Translations under genes and position numbers: made by a program
Notes under the pieces: model-generated
What the model saw: the letters and a program-made list of their open reading frames with translations, nothing else
Told to the model about the DNA's origin: nothing
Database searches by the model: none
Shown here: piece after piece, positions 18,350 to 32,730 of the stretch
Layout of the letters: each line of letters begins with the position of its first letter
Numbering within the stretch: the first letter of the stretch is position 1
IMG/VR virus record: IMGVR_UViG_2541047944_000003
Location: 1 to 44,708 of that record
Length of the DNA stretch: 44,708 nt
From: a virus
Lineage: Duplodnaviria > Heunggongvirae > Uroviricota > Caudoviricetes
Direction: 5' to 3' (one strand)

Positions 18350-18565
18350 ATGAAATCCATGGATAAGTTAACAACGGGTGTCGCCTATGGCACCTCAGCA
18401 GGTAGTGCCGGGTACTGGTTTTTACAGTTGCTCGATAAAGTCACGCCCTCACAGTGGGCGGCAATAGGTGTGCTGGGTAGTCTGGTATTTGGCTTGCTGA
18501 CGTATCTGACAAACCTTTATTTCAAGATTAAAGAAGATAAGCGTAAGGCTGCGAGAGGTGAATAA
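18350..18565 (+). CDS. S: class II holin (pinholin, S21-type)
   Basis: 71-aa product with two TM segments and dual-start MKSMDK motif, matching phage 21 S as remembered. Confidence 0.85.
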
Positions 18566-19062
18566 TGTCGCCATCATTACGCAAGGCTATTGCTGCTGCT
18601 ATTGGTGGTGGGGCTGTTGCCATAGCGTCTGTGCTCATCACTGGTCCGAGTGGTGACGATGGCCTGGAAGGTGTCAGCTACATACCATACAAAGATATTG
18701 TTGGTGTATGGACTGTATGTCACGGGCATACAGGAAAAGACATCATGCTCGGTAAAACGTATACCAAAGCAGAATGCAAAGCACTCTTGAATAAAGACCT
18801 TGCCACTGTCGCCAGACAAATTAACCCGTACATCACAGTCGATATACCGGAAACAACGCGCGGCGCTCTTTACTCATTCGTTTACAACGTGGGCGCTGGC
18901 AATTTCAGAACATCGACGCTTCTTCGCAAAATAAACCAGGGCGATATCAAAGGCGCATGTGATCAGCTACGGCGCTGGACATACGCTGGCGGTAAGCAAT
19001 GGAAAGGGCTGATGACTCGCCGTGAGATTGAGCGTGAAGTCTGTTTGTGGGGGCAACAATGA
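18565..19062 (+). CDS. R: SAR endolysin (lysozyme with N-terminal signal-anchor-release domain)
   Basis: Gly/Ala-rich hydrophobic N-terminus ([18 protein letters not shown]) then lysozyme-like domain; follows holin with 1-nt overlap. Confidence 0.8.
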   Translation: MSPSLRKAIAAAIGGGAVAIASVLITGPSGDDGLEGVSYIPYKDIVGVWTVCHGHTGKDIMLGKTYTKAECKALLNKDLATVARQINPYITVDIPETTRGALYSFVYNVGAGNFRTSTLLRKINQGDIKGACDQLRRWTYAGGKQWKGLMTRREIEREVCLWGQQ

Positions 19063-19502
19063 GCAGAGTAACCGCGATTATCTCCGCTCTGGTTATCTGC
19101 ATCATCGTCTGCCTGTCATGGGCTGTTAATCATTACCGTGATAACGCCATCGCCTACAAAGAGCAGCGCGACAAAGCCGCATCTACTATCGCTGACATGC
19201 AGAAGCGTCAACGTGATGTAGCAGAACTCGACGCCAGATACACAAAGGAGCTTGCTGATGCTAACGCGACTATCGAAAGTCTACGTGCTGATGTTTCTGC
19301 TGGTCGTAAGTGGCTGCACGTCAAAGCAGTCTGTCCGGACAAGCATAAAACCACCGCCGCCTCCGGCGTGGATGATGCTTCCAGCCCCAGACTTACTGAC
19401 ACCGCTCAACGGGATTATTTCGTTCTCAGAGAGCGCATCGAAACCATAACTAACCAATTGAATGGCCTGCAAGAGTATGTGAGATCACAGTGCTCATATT
19501 AG
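19059..19502 (+). CDS. Rz: i-spanin Rz
   Basis: N-terminal TM helix then coiled-coil; ATGA overlap with endolysin stop. Confidence 0.75.
   Translation: MSRVTAIISALVICIIVCLSWAVNHYRDNAIAYKEQRDKAASTIADMQKRQRDVAELDARYTKELADANATIESLRADVSAGRKWLHVKAVCPDKHKTTAASGVDDASSPRLTDTAQRDYFVLRERIETITNQLNGLQEYVRSQCSY
19252..19449 (+). CDS. Rz1: o-spanin Rz1 (lipoprotein) embedded in Rz in the +1 frame
   Basis: Lipobox LVVSGC followed by proline-rich [10 protein letters not shown], as in lambda Rz1. Confidence 0.7.
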   Translation: MLMLTRLSKVYVLMFLLVVSGCTSKQSVRTSIKPPPPPAWMMLPAPDLLTPLNGIISFSESASKP

Positions 19503-19576
19503 AAAAGTCGTATCATAAGATTTTTGTATATGGATGCATTATGTCTGTAAGCGACTCGTCAGAACCGTATTGATAT

Positions 19577-21148
19577 TTACTGAGAGCTCAGATCAACTTT
19601 CCAGGGCAACAGATCGCGTACCCGGTTTGCCGGCCAGTCCTGGATATGTTCAATGACGTAACGCAGCCACTTTTCTGGCTCCACATTGTTCAGACGGCAT
19701 GTGCCGATCAGCGAGTACAACACCGCCGCATGTTCACCACCGCTGTCGGAACCCGCGAACATCCAGTTTTTCCGGCCTACGGCCACTCCCCGTAAGGCGT
19801 TCTCTGCGATGTTGTTGTCGATTTCCACCCAGCCATTACTGCAGTACACGTTCAGTGCATCCCACTGTTTCAGCAGGTATGCGAACGCTTTTGCCGTATC
19901 TGAGTGACGCGACAGTGTTTTCATCTGTTGCTGTATCCAGTCATACAGTGACTGCATCAGTGGCGCGGCTCTGGCTTTTCTTGCCGCCAGACGCTGTTCT
20001 GCTGAACAGCCCCGGACCTCTGCCTCGATGGCATACAGTTCACCGATACGCTGCAGGGCTTCCGTGGTGATGTAGGTGGACGCTCTTGCATGCACATCGT
20101 GGATTTTTCTCCGGGCATGAGCCATACACGCGGCTTCCGTTATTCTGCCGGATTCGTATAACGCCCGGTAACCACCGTAAGCATCGGCCTGAAGCACACC
20201 GCTGTAACCGGCCAGGTGATTTTGTGGATGGATACCTTTCCGGTCCGGACTGTACGCGAACCAGACCGCCGGGGGCATCTGTGAACCGGCGTTACGGTCA
20301 TCACGGACGTAGACCCACAGCCGGGCTGTCCGGGTTTTACCGCTGCCCGGCTCCTGGACCGGGACGGGGATATCATCAGCATGGACTTTACCGGGCATCA
20401 GCACATACTGGCGCAGGACGTCATACAGCGGCTCCAGCAGTTCAGCAACAGCACCTGTCCAGCGCCCCAGTGTGGCACGGCTCAGCTCCACTCCCTGACG
20501 ACGGTATATTTCTGACTGGCGGTATAACGGCAGATGGTCTGCATATTTCCCGGTGACAACATGGGCCAGAAGCCCCGCTCCGGCATAACTGCGTGCAATG
20601 GGTTTTGAAGGTACTGGTGCCTGCACGATATGGTCGCACCGGCAACAGGCCTGTTTCGGACGTTGTGTTTCGATAACCTTAAAGGCGCTGCTGATAAGCT
20701 CCAGTTGCTCTGACACATCACATCCCAGAGAACTGAGTTCACCACCACAGGCAGGACAGCATTCCTCTTCCGGCCGGATAACCCGGGTTTCACGGGGAAG
20801 TGAGGCCGGTAACGGTTTACGGGCTGAAGACTGGCGCAGGGCGGATGGCAGTACCGGGTCATATTGCTCACCCAGCGTTTCCGCCATTTCTTCCTGAAGT
20901 GCGCTGATTCGCTCCTGTGCTTCCTGTATCTGCCGTTCGGTTTTTGCACGAAGTTTTTCTGAGCTTTTACCGAACTGCATACGTTGCAGTTTCGCAACCA
21001 GCGCCTTCAGCCGGTTGATTTCGGAAGCATAAGCCGCCACCCGCTGTGAGAGCAGGCGGTTGTATTCAGCCATCTGGCGGATGGTGTCCTGTTGCGTCTG
21101 CAACAGTGCCCGCAGGCGGGCGTTCTCATGAGCAAGTGAGGTGTCCAT
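19577..21148 (-). CDS. tnpC: IS66-family transposase TnpC (523 aa)
   Basis: Coiled-coil N-terminus, Cys-rich zinc-ribbon region and DDE-type core typical of IS66 transposases. Confidence 0.85.
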   Translation of the reverse strand: MDTSLAHENARLRALLQTQQDTIRQMAEYNRLLSQRVAAYASEINRLKALVAKLQRMQFGKSSEKLRAKTERQIQEAQERISALQEEMAETLGEQYDPVLPSALRQSSARKPLPASLPRETRVIRPEEECCPACGGELSSLGCDVSEQLELISSAFKVIETQRPKQACCRCDHIVQAPVPSKPIARSYAGAGLLAHVVTGKYADHLPLYRQSEIYRRQGVELSRATLGRWTGAVAELLEPLYDVLRQYVLMPGKVHADDIPVPVQEPGSGKTRTARLWVYVRDDRNAGSQMPPAVWFAYSPDRKGIHPQNHLAGYSGVLQADAYGGYRALYESGRITEAACMAHARRKIHDVHARASTYITTEALQRIGELYAIEAEVRGCSAEQRLAARKARAAPLMQSLYDWIQQQMKTLSRHSDTAKAFAYLLKQWDALNVYCSNGWVEIDNNIAENALRGVAVGRKNWMFAGSDSGGEHAAVLYSLIGTCRLNNVEPEKWLRYVIEHIQDWPANRVRDLLPWKVDLSSQ

Positions 21149-21167
21149 ATCCTCACTTTACAACGGG

Positions 21168-21515
21168 TTATATGCGGATTCCAGCGCGTTCCGTTCGTTT
21201 CGGGTGCTTCCAGTTGATACCTTCAAGAAGCATGGATAACTGAGCCGGAGTAAGGTGCACCTTGCCGTCACGGGTGACTGGCCAGACGAAGCGGCCCCGC
21301 TCCAGGCGTTTGGTGAAGAGGCACAGTCCGTCACTGTCAGCCCACAACACTTTTATCTGGTCACCCCGGCGTCCGCGGAAGATGAACAGGTGTCCGGAGA
21401 ACGGGTCATCCTTCAGGACGTTCTGAACTTTTGATGCCAGGCCGTTAAAGCCATTTCGCATATCGGTGATACCTGCAACCAGCCAGATACGCGAACCTGC
21501 AGGGAGAGATATCAT
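21168..21515 (-). CDS. tnpB: IS66-family accessory protein TnpB (Orf2)
   Basis: 115-aa product with GITDMRNGFNGLA...IFRGRRGDQIKVLW typical of IS66 Orf2. Confidence 0.8.
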   Translation of the reverse strand: MISLPAGSRIWLVAGITDMRNGFNGLASKVQNVLKDDPFSGHLFIFRGRRGDQIKVLWADSDGLCLFTKRLERGRFVWPVTRDGKVHLTPAQLSMLLEGINWKHPKRTERAGIRI

Positions 21516-22192
21516 CAGTGGCTGCTCCCTTTTATTTCGCGGATAAGTGTCTGTAATAACGCCGGCGTCAGTTTACCTTTAAGCCTGAGAGTTCCGGCCG
21601 GCAGAACCAGCTCACAACACAGACTGTCGGACGGTGTATTTATCTGCTCTGGTTCCTGTGCGGGGGCCGGGATTTTATTATCCGGCTCCGGCGTTAACGT
21701 CACGGGAAGCAGTGCCGGCATATTTTTTCCGGAAGGCAGCAGGCCACCTTTCCGGTATTGATGACGCCAGTTGAAGAGCAGGTTATCGTTGATTCCGTTT
21801 TCCCGGGCGATCTGCGCCACACAGGCTCCGGGCTGCAGTGACTGCTCCACTAAGGCGATTTTAAACTCATAAGGGAAGTTGGGCCGCCGGGGACGTTTTT
21901 TTACCACGGGGGCTTCGGATATAACGGTGCTTTCAGGACGTACGACTGGTACCGTGGAAAATTGTCCGTAAAGGCAGGCATCAAGTTCCTGCTCCGACAT
22001 GCCTGCGGGCAAAGGCCACGAAAGGCCAGCTCTCCGAAAGCGCACGAACATACTACAAACTGTTGATTTTGGTACACCCAGGCGACGCCCGGCCACAACC
22101 CGGGGTAAATGTTCTTCAAAGTGAAGACGTAAAGCTTCAGTGATCCAGGTCCGGTGTTTCATACGATAGTGTCCATTAAAAATGATGGACAT
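21515..22192 (-). CDS. tnpA: IS66-family accessory protein TnpA (Orf1) with extended N-terminal HTH-like region
   Basis: C-terminal half carries IS66 Orf1-like KRPRRPNFPYEFKIALVEQS segment; true start uncertain. Confidence 0.65.
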   Translation of the reverse strand: MSIIFNGHYRMKHRTWITEALRLHFEEHLPRVVAGRRLGVPKSTVCSMFVRFRRAGLSWPLPAGMSEQELDACLYGQFSTVPVVRPESTVISEAPVVKKRPRRPNFPYEFKIALVEQSLQPGACVAQIARENGINDNLLFNWRHQYRKGGLLPSGKNMPALLPVTLTPEPDNKIPAPAQEPEQINTPSDSLCCELVLPAGTLRLKGKLTPALLQTLIREIKGSSH

Positions 22193-22247
22193 TATTTTTG
22201 TAGAGCCGGAGGAAACAGACCAGACGGTTTAAATGAGCCGGTTACTT

Positions 22248-22622
22248 ATGTCTCAATACGCTCACGCCGCTTTAATCGCTTATCATTTGGTTGCTGATAG
22301 CTCAATGCATCCTCGTGATGCATGGGATGCAGCTGTCGCAGAGGTTACGGAAAGCGAATCGTCAAGAAAGAAGATATGCCCACGGGCAACATTTCTCGCC
22401 CTGGCGGATAGCGGTTATCTGAAGAATGTAAAACCACAGCATGGGGAGAGAAAGGGCGGTAAGTTGTATCAAAGGGCAATTGAAGTTGCGAATCTGATTC
22501 TTGATTTACCCGGAATCAGCAAAGCGGAGTTAGTTGATAAAACTTGCTATAAAGACAGGCAAGGGTCTTATGACATTGCTCTAACTCTCGCTCAGCACGG
22601 ATTACTCCAGCATCCTCAATAA
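22248..22622 (+). CDS. hypothetical protein (124 aa); start codon lies inside the IS66 target-site duplication
   Basis: ORF MSQYAHAALIAYHLV...; an in-frame upstream ATG at 22233 lies within the IS terminal repeat. Confidence 0.5.
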   Translation: MSQYAHAALIAYHLVADSSMHPRDAWDAAVAEVTESESSRKKICPRATFLALADSGYLKNVKPQHGERKGGKLYQRAIEVANLILDLPGISKAELVDKTCYKDRQGSYDIALTLAQHGLLQHPQ

Positions 22623-22639
22623 GATATTAAGTGATTTAT

Positions 22640-22663
22640 GGCCTCGCTTTTAGCGGGGCTTTT
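22640..22663 (+). terminator. intrinsic terminator after the 124-aa gene
   Basis: Hairpin GCCTCGC-tttta-GCGGGGC followed by CTTTTT. Confidence 0.5.
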
Positions 22664-23027
22664 TCATATCTGAATCTCACCATGCATATCATCACCTGAC
22701 TGGAACGTCAGGAGAATTCGTTACCGGGATTCGATAAAGGTATTCAAGCCTGACACATTATGCGCTGTATCGTCGCCGTATTCCTGCATTAACCATGACC
22801 GTAGCCCGACGGGGAACTCCTTCTGCGTGAGTGTGCGGGAATAATCAAAAACGATGCACACCGGGTTTTTACCGCGTTTATGGTTCGCGGGGGTGTCCCT
22901 CATGCTCGCCAGTCCTGTGCGGGGGTGGAAGAAACAGGACGTGTATTCAGGTCTGTCAGATATTGAATTCATTGCGAATAAACCAGAACGCCTGCGGGTC
23001 CTTTCCGGCGATCCGACAGGTTACGGG

Positions 23028-23039
23028 GCGGCGACCTCG
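23028..23039. other. cosN cohesive-end site (GGGCGGCGACCT)
   Basis: Matches the lambda 12-nt cohesive end as remembered, preceded by ...CGACAGGTTACG and followed by cosB-like sequence before Nu1. Confidence 0.85.
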
Positions 23040-23214
23040 CGGTTTTTCACTATTTATGAAAATTTTCCGGTTTAAGGCGTTTCCGTTCTTCTTCGCCGTA
23101 ACCTAATGTTTTTATTTAAAACACCCCCTGAAAAGAAAGGAAACGACAGGTGCTGAAAACGGGCTTTTTGGCCTCTGTCGTTTCCTTTCTCTGTTTTTGT
23201 CCGTGGAATGAACA

Positions 23215-23734
23215 ATGGAAGTCAACAAAAAGCAGCTGGCTGATATTTTCGGTGCGAGTATCCGTACCATTCAGAACTGGCAGGAGCAGGGAATGCCCGT
23301 TCTGCGAGGCGGTGGCAAGGGTAATGAGGTGCTTTATGATTCTGCCGCCGTCATAAAATGGTATGCCGAAAGGGATGCTGAAATTGAGAACGAAAAGCTG
23401 CGCCGGGAGGTTGAAGAACTGCGGCTGGCCAGCGAGGCAGATCTTCACCCCGGAACACTTGAATTTGAGCGCCATCGCCTGACCCGTGCTCAGGCGACGG
23501 CGCAGGAACTGAAAAATGCCAAAGAATCGGCTGAAGTGGTGGAAACCGCATTCTGTACTTTCGTGCTGTCGCGTATAGCAAGGGAAATATCCAGTATTCT
23601 CGACGGTATTCCTCTGTCGGTGCAGCGACGTTTTCCTGAGCTGGATAACCGGCATATTGATTTCCTGAAACGGGATATCATCAAAGCCATGAACAAAGCA
23701 GCCGCGCTGGATGAACTGATACCGGGGTTGCTGA

Positions 23735-23760
<26 letters not shown>
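23215..23760 (+). CDS. nu1: terminase small subunit Nu1
   Basis: Near-identical to lambda Nu1 as remembered (MEVNKKQLADIFGASIRTIQNWQEQGMPV...). Confidence 0.95.
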
Positions 23761-27441
<3,681 letters not shown>

Positions 27442-27461
<20 letters not shown>

Positions 27462-28761
27462 TCTCCCGCATATTGCCAGCATGGCCTTTAATGAGCCGCT
27501 GATGCTTGAACCCGCCTATGCGCGGGTTTTCTTTTGTGCGCTTGCAGGCCAGCTTGGGATCAGCCGCCTGACGGATGCGGTGTCCGGCGACAGCCTGACT
27601 GCCCAGGAGGCACTCGCGACGCTGGCATTATCCGGTGATGATGACGGCCCACGACAGACCCGCAGTTATCAGGTCATGAACGGCATCGCCGTGCTGCCGG
27701 TGTCCGGCACGCTGGTCAGCCGGACGCGGGCGCTGCAGCCGTATTCGGGAATGACCGGTTACAACGGCATTATCGCCCGTCTGCAACAGGCTGCCAGCGA
27801 CCCGATGGTGGACGGCATTCTGCTCGATATGGACACGCCCGGCGGAATGGTGGCAGGGGCATTTGACTGCGCTGACATCATCGCCCGTGTGCGTGACATA
27901 AAGCCGGTATGGGCGCTGGCCAATGACATGAACTGCAGTGCAGGGCAGCTGCTTGCCAGCGCCGCCTCCCGGCGTCTGGTCACGCAGACCGCCCGGACAG
28001 GCTCCATCGGCGTCATGATGGCTCACAGTAATTACGGTGCTGCGCTGGAGAAACAGGGCGTGGAAATCACGCTGATTTACAGCGGCAGCCATAAGGTGGA
28101 TGGCAACCCCTACAGCCATCTTCCGGATGACGTCCGGGAGACACTGCAGTCCCGGATGGATGCAACCCGCCAGATGTTTGCGCAGAAGGTGTCGGCATAT
28201 ACCGGCCTGTCCGTGCAGGCTGTGCTGGATACCGAGGCTGCAGTGTACAGCGGTCAGGAGGCCATTGATGCCGGACTGGCTGATGAACTTGTCAACAGCA
28301 CCGATGCGATCACCGTTATGCGTGATGCACTGGATGCACGTAAATCCCGTCTCTCAGGAGGGCGAATGACCAAAGAGACTCAATCAACAACTGTTTCAGC
28401 CACTGCTTCGCAGGCTGACGTTACTGACGTGGTGCCAGCGACGGAGGGCGAAAACGCCAGCGCGGCGCAACCGGACGTGAACGCGCAGATCACCGCAGCG
28501 GTTGCGGCAGAAAACAGCCGCATTATGGGGATCCTCAACTGTGAGGAGGCTCACGGACGCGAAGAACAGGCGCGCGTTCTGGCAGAAACCCCCGGTATGA
28601 CCGTGGAAACGGCCCGCCGCATTCTGGCCGCAGCACCACAGAGTGCACAGGCGCGCAGTGACACTGCGCTGGATCGTCTGATGCAGGGGGCACCGGCTCC
28701 GCTGGCTGCAGGTAACCCGGCATCTGATGCCGTTAACGATTTGCTGAACACACCAGTGTAA
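27442..28761 (+). CDS. C: head maturation protease/scaffold C (with in-frame Nu3 in its 3' part)
   Basis: GTG start at 27442 giving TAELRNLPHIASMAF... as in lambda C; the 484-aa ORF-track entry overextends upstream. Confidence 0.9.
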
Positions 28762-28770
28762 GGGATGTTT

Positions 28771-29103
28771 ATGACGAGCAAAGAAACCTTTACCCATTAC
28801 CAGCCGCTGGGCAACAGTGACCCGGCACATACGGCAACCGCGCCCGGCGGATTGAGTGCGAAAGCGCCTGCAATGACCCCGCTGATGCTGGACACCTCCA
28901 CCCGTAAGCTGGTTGCGTGGGATGGCACTACCGACGGTGCTGCCGTTGGCATTCTGGCGGTTGATGCTGACCAGACCAGCACCACGCTGACGTTCTACAA
29001 GTCAGGCACGTTCCGTTATGAGGATGTGCTCTGGCCGGAGGCTGCCAGCGACGAGACGAAAAAACGGACCGCGTTTGCCGGAACGGCAATCAGCATCGTT
29101 TAA
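28771..29103 (+). CDS. D: head decoration protein D
   Basis: [40 protein letters not shown]... as in lambda D. Confidence 0.95.
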   Translation: MTSKETFTHYQPLGNSDPAHTATAPGGLSAKAPAMTPLMLDTSTRKLVAWDGTTDGAAVGILAVDADQTSTTLTFYKSGTFRYEDVLWPEAASDETKKRTAFAGTAISIV

Positions 29104-29157
29104 CCTTACCCTTCATCACTAAAGGCCGCCTGTGCGGCTTTTTTACGGGATTTTTTT

Positions 29158-30183
29158 ATGTCGATGTACACAACCGCCCAGCTGCTGGCGGCAAATGAGA
29201 AGAAATTTAAGTTTGATCCGCTGTTTCTGCGTCTCTTTTTCCGTGAGAGCTATCCCTTCACCACGGAGAAAGTCTATCTCTCACAAATTCCGGGACTGGT
29301 AAACATGGCGCTGTACGTTTCGCCGATTGTTTCCGGTGAGGTTATCCGATCCCGTGGCGGCTCCACCTCTGAATTTACACCGGGATATGTCAAACCCAAG
29401 CATGAGGTGAATCCGCAGATGACCCTGCGTCGCCTGCCGGATGAAGATCCACAGAATCTGGCGGACCCGGCTTACCGCCGCCGTCGCATCATCATGCAGA
29501 ACATGCGAGACGAAGAGCTGGCCATTGCTCAGGTCGAAGAGATGCAGGCAGTTTCTGCCGTGCTTAAGGGCAAATACACCATGACCGGTGAAGCCTTCGA
29601 TCCGGTTGAAGTGGATATGGGCCGCAGTGCGGCGAACAACATCACACAGTCCGGTGGTACGGAGTGGAGCAAGCGTGACAAGTCCACGTATGACCCGACC
29701 GACGATATCGAAGCCTACGCGCTGAACGCCAGCGGCGTGGTGAATATCATCGTGTTTGATCCGAAAGGCTGGGCGCTGTTCCGTTCCTTCAAAGCCGTCA
29801 AGGAGAAGCTGGATACCCGTCGCGGCTCTAATTCCGAGCTGGAGACAGCGGTAAAAGACCTGGGCGAAGCGGTGTCCTATAAGGGGATGTATGGCGATAC
29901 GGCGATCGTCGTGTATTCCGGACAGTACGTGGAAAACGACGTCAAAAAGAACTTCCTGCCGGACAACACGATGGTGCTGGGGAACACTCAGGCACGCGGT
30001 CTGCGCACCTATGGCTGCATTCAGGATGCGGACGCACAGCGCGAAGGTATTAACGCCTCTGCCCGCTACCCGAAAAACTGGGTGACCACCGGCGATCCGG
30101 CGCGTGAGTTCACCATGATTCAGTCAGCACCGCTGATGCTGCTGGCTGACCCTGATGCGTTCGTGTCCGTACAACTGGCGTAA
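29158..30183 (+). CDS. E: major capsid protein E
   Basis: 341-aa product near-identical to lambda E as remembered. Confidence 0.95.
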   Translation: MSMYTTAQLLAANEKKFKFDPLFLRLFFRESYPFTTEKVYLSQIPGLVNMALYVSPIVSGEVIRSRGGSTSEFTPGYVKPKHEVNPQMTLRRLPDEDPQNLADPAYRRRRIIMQNMRDEELAIAQVEEMQAVSAVLKGKYTMTGEAFDPVEVDMGRSAANNITQSGGTEWSKRDKSTYDPTDDIEAYALNASGVVNIIVFDPKGWALFRSFKAVKEKLDTRRGSNSELETAVKDLGEAVSYKGMYGDTAIVVYSGQYVENDVKKNFLPDNTMVLGNTQARGLRTYGCIQDADAQREGINASARYPKNWVTTGDPAREFTMIQSAPLMLLADPDAFVSVQLA

Positions 30184-30224
30184 TCATGGCCCTTCGGGGC
30201 CATTTTCTCTCTGTGGAGGAGTCC

Positions 30225-30620
30225 ATGACGAAAGATGAACTGATTGCCCGTCTCCGCTCGCTGGGTGAACAACTGAACCGTGATATCAGCCTGACGGGGA
30301 CGAAAGAAGAACTGGCGCTCCGTGTGGCAGAGCTGGAAGAAGAGCTTGATGACACGGGCGACACTGCCGGTCAGGATACCCCTCTCAGCCCGGAAAATGT
30401 GCTGACCGGACATGAAAATGAGGTTGTATCAGCGCAGCCGGATACCGTGACTGATACGGCTGATCTGGTCACGGTTGTGGCACTGGTGACGCTGCATACT
30501 GATGCACTTCACGCCACGCGGGATGAGGCTGTGGCATTTGTGCTGCCGGGAACGGCGTTCCGTGTCTCTGCCGGTGTGGCAGCTGAAATGACAGAGCGCG
30601 GCCTGGCCAGAATGCAATAA
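30225..30620 (+). CDS. FI: DNA packaging protein FI
   Basis: MTKDELIARLRSLGEQLNRD... as in lambda FI. Confidence 0.9.
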   Translation: MTKDELIARLRSLGEQLNRDISLTGTKEELALRVAELEEELDDTGDTAGQDTPLSPENVLTGHENEVVSAQPDTVTDTADLVTVVALVTLHTDALHATRDEAVAFVLPGTAFRVSAGVAAEMTERGLARMQ

Positions 30621-30631
30621 CGGGAGGCGCT

Positions 30632-30985
30632 GTGGCTGATTTCGATAACCTGTTCGATGCTGCCATTGCCTGCGCCGATGAAACGATACGCGGGTACATG
30701 GGAACGTCAGCCACCATGACATCCGGTGAGCAGTCCGGTGCTGTGATACGTGGTGTTTTTGATGACCCTGAAAATATCAGCTATGCCGGACAGGGCGTGC
30801 GCGTTGAAGGCTCCAGCCCGTCCCTGTTTGTCCGGACTGATGATGTGCGGCAGCTGCGGCGCGGCGACACGCTGATCATCGGTGAGGAAAACTTCTGGAT
30901 AGACCGGATTTCGCCGGATGATGGCGGAAGCTGTCATCTCTGGCTTGGTCGGGGCGTACCGCCTGCCGTTAACCGTCGCCGCTGA
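30632..30985 (+). CDS. FII: head-tail connector protein FII
   Basis: MADFDNLFDAAIA...HLWLGRGVPPAVNRRR as in lambda FII. Confidence 0.95.
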   Translation: MADFDNLFDAAIACADETIRGYMGTSATMTSGEQSGAVIRGVFDDPENISYAGQGVRVEGSSPSLFVRTDDVRQLRRGDTLIIGEENFWIDRISPDDGGSCHLWLGRGVPPAVNRRR

Positions 30986-30996
30986 AAGGGGGATGT

Positions 30997-31575
30997 ATGG
31001 CCATAAAAGGTCTTGAGCAGGCCGTTGAAAACCTCAGCCGTATCAGCAGAACGGCGGTGCCCGGTGCCGCCGCAATGGCCATTAACCGCGTTGCTTCATC
31101 CGCGATATCGCAGTCGGCGTCACAGGTTGCCCGTGAGACAAAGGTACGCCGGAAACTGGTAAAGGAAAGGGCCAGGCTGAAAAGGGCCACGGTCAAAAAT
31201 CCGCAGGCCAGAATCAAGGTTAACCGGGGGGATTTGCCCGTAATAAAGCTGGGTAACGCGCGGGTTGTCCTGTCCCGACGCAGGCGTCGTAAAAAGGGGC
31301 AGCGTTCATCCCTGAAAGGTGGCGGCAGCGTGCTTGTGGTGGGAAACCGTCGTATTCCCGGCGCGTTTATTCAGCAACTGAAAAATGGCCGGTGGCATGT
31401 CATGCAGCGTGTGGCCGGGAAAAACCGTTACCCCATTGATGTGGTGAAAATCCCGATGGCGGTGCCGCTGACCACGGCGTTTAAACAGAATATTGAGCAG
31501 ATACGGCGTGAACGTCTTCCGAAAGAGCTGGGCTATGCGCTGCAGCATCAACTTAGGATGGTAATAAAGCGATGA
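30997..31575 (+). CDS. Z: tail assembly protein Z
   Basis: 192-aa product as in lambda Z. Confidence 0.95.
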   Translation: MAIKGLEQAVENLSRISRTAVPGAAAMAINRVASSAISQSASQVARETKVRRKLVKERARLKRATVKNPQARIKVNRGDLPVIKLGNARVVLSRRRRRKKGQRSSLKGGGSVLVVGNRRIPGAFIQQLKNGRWHVMQRVAGKNRYPIDVVKIPMAVPLTTAFKQNIEQIRRERLPKELGYALQHQLRMVIKR

Positions 31576-31967
31576 AACATACTGATATCCGTGCAGCCGT
31601 ACTGGATGCACTGGAGAGGCATGACACCGGGGCGACGTTTTTTGATGGTCGCCCCGCTGTTTTTGATGAGGCGGATTTTCCGGCAGTTGCCGTTTATCTC
31701 ACCGGCGCTGAATACACGGGCGAAGAGCTGGACAGCGATACCTGGCAGGCGGAGCTGCATATCGAAGTTTTCCTGCCTGCTCATGTGCCGGATTCAGAGC
31801 TGGATGCGTGGATGGAGTCCCGGATTTATCCGGTGATGAGCGATATCCCGGCACTGTCAGATTTGATCACCAGTATGGTGGCCAGTGGCTATGACTACCG
31901 GCGCGACGATGATGCGGGCCTGTGGAGTTCAGCCGATCTGACTTATGTCATTACCTATGAAATGTGA
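31572..31967 (+). CDS. U: tail terminator protein U
   Basis: 131-aa product as in lambda U. Confidence 0.95.
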   Translation: MKHTDIRAAVLDALERHDTGATFFDGRPAVFDEADFPAVAVYLTGAEYTGEELDSDTWQAELHIEVFLPAHVPDSELDAWMESRIYPVMSDIPALSDLITSMVASGYDYRRDDDAGLWSSADLTYVITYEM

Positions 31968-31974
31968 GGACGAT

Positions 31975-32715
31975 ATGCCAACACCAAATCCTCTGGCACC
32001 GGTGAAAGGGGCCGGGACCACACTGTGGGTTTATAACGGGAGCGGCGACCCTTACGCAAACCCGCTTTCAGACGTTGACTGGTCGCGTCTGGCAAAGGTT
32101 AAAGACCTGACGCCCGGCGAACTGACCGCTGAGTCCTATGACGACAGCTATCTCGATGATGAAGATGCGGACTGGACTGCGACCGGACAGGGGCAGAAAT
32201 CAGCCGGAGATACCAGCTTCACGCTGGCGTGGATGCCCGGAGAGCAGGGGCAGCAGGCGCTGCTGGCGTGGTTTAATGAAGGTGATACCCGTGCCTATAA
32301 AATCCGCTTCCCGAACGGCACGGTCGATGTGTTCCGCGGCTGGGTCAGCAGCATCGGTAAGGCGGTGACAGCGAAGGAAGTGATCACCCGTACGGTGAAG
32401 GTCACCAATGTGGGCCGTCCGTCAATGGCAGAAGATCGCAGCACGGTAACAGCGGCAACCGGCATGACCGTGACGCCTGCCAGCACCTCGGTGGTTAAAG
32501 GGCAGAGCACGACGCTGACCGTGGCATTCCAGCCGGAAGGCGCAACCGACAAGAGCTTCCGTGCGGTGTCTGCGGATAAAACAAAAGCCACCGTGTCGGT
32601 CAGTGGTATGACCATCACCGTGAAAGGTGTTGCTGCAGGCAAGGTCAACATTCCGGTCGTATCCGGTAATGGTGAGTTTGCTGCGGTTGCAGAAATCAAC
32701 GTCACCGCCAGTTAA
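31975..32715 (+). CDS. V: major tail tube protein V
   Basis: Start [20 protein letters not shown] after GAGGA RBS; lambda V-like including C-terminal Ig-like domain. Confidence 0.95.
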   Translation: MPTPNPLAPVKGAGTTLWVYNGSGDPYANPLSDVDWSRLAKVKDLTPGELTAESYDDSYLDDEDADWTATGQGQKSAGDTSFTLAWMPGEQGQQALLAWFNEGDTRAYKIRFPNGTVDVFRGWVSSIGKAVTAKEVITRTVKVTNVGRPSMAEDRSTVTAATGMTVTPASTSVVKGQSTTLTVAFQPEGATDKSFRAVSADKTKATVSVSGMTITVKGVAAGKVNIPVVSGNGEFAAVAEINVTAS

Positions 32716-32730
32716 TCCGGAGAATCAGCG

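Larger units (their letters stand above)
19547..22245 (-). mobile_element. IS66-family insertion sequence (2699 bp)
   Basis: Three transposase ORFs; imperfect terminal inverted repeats starting GTAAGCG / GTAACCG; flanked by 8-bp direct repeat TTATGTCT at 19539-19546 and 22246-22253. Confidence 0.85.

Noticed and set aside
20086-20997. Multiple 60-170-aa ORFs on both strands
   Set aside because: Inside or antisense to the IS66 transposase tnpC; alternative frames of a GC-rich gene.
22721-23075. 83-aa minus-strand and 73-aa plus-strand ORFs just upstream of cos
   Set aside because: They overlap each other and cosQ/cosN-flanking sequence; no RBS seen; not confident they are genes.
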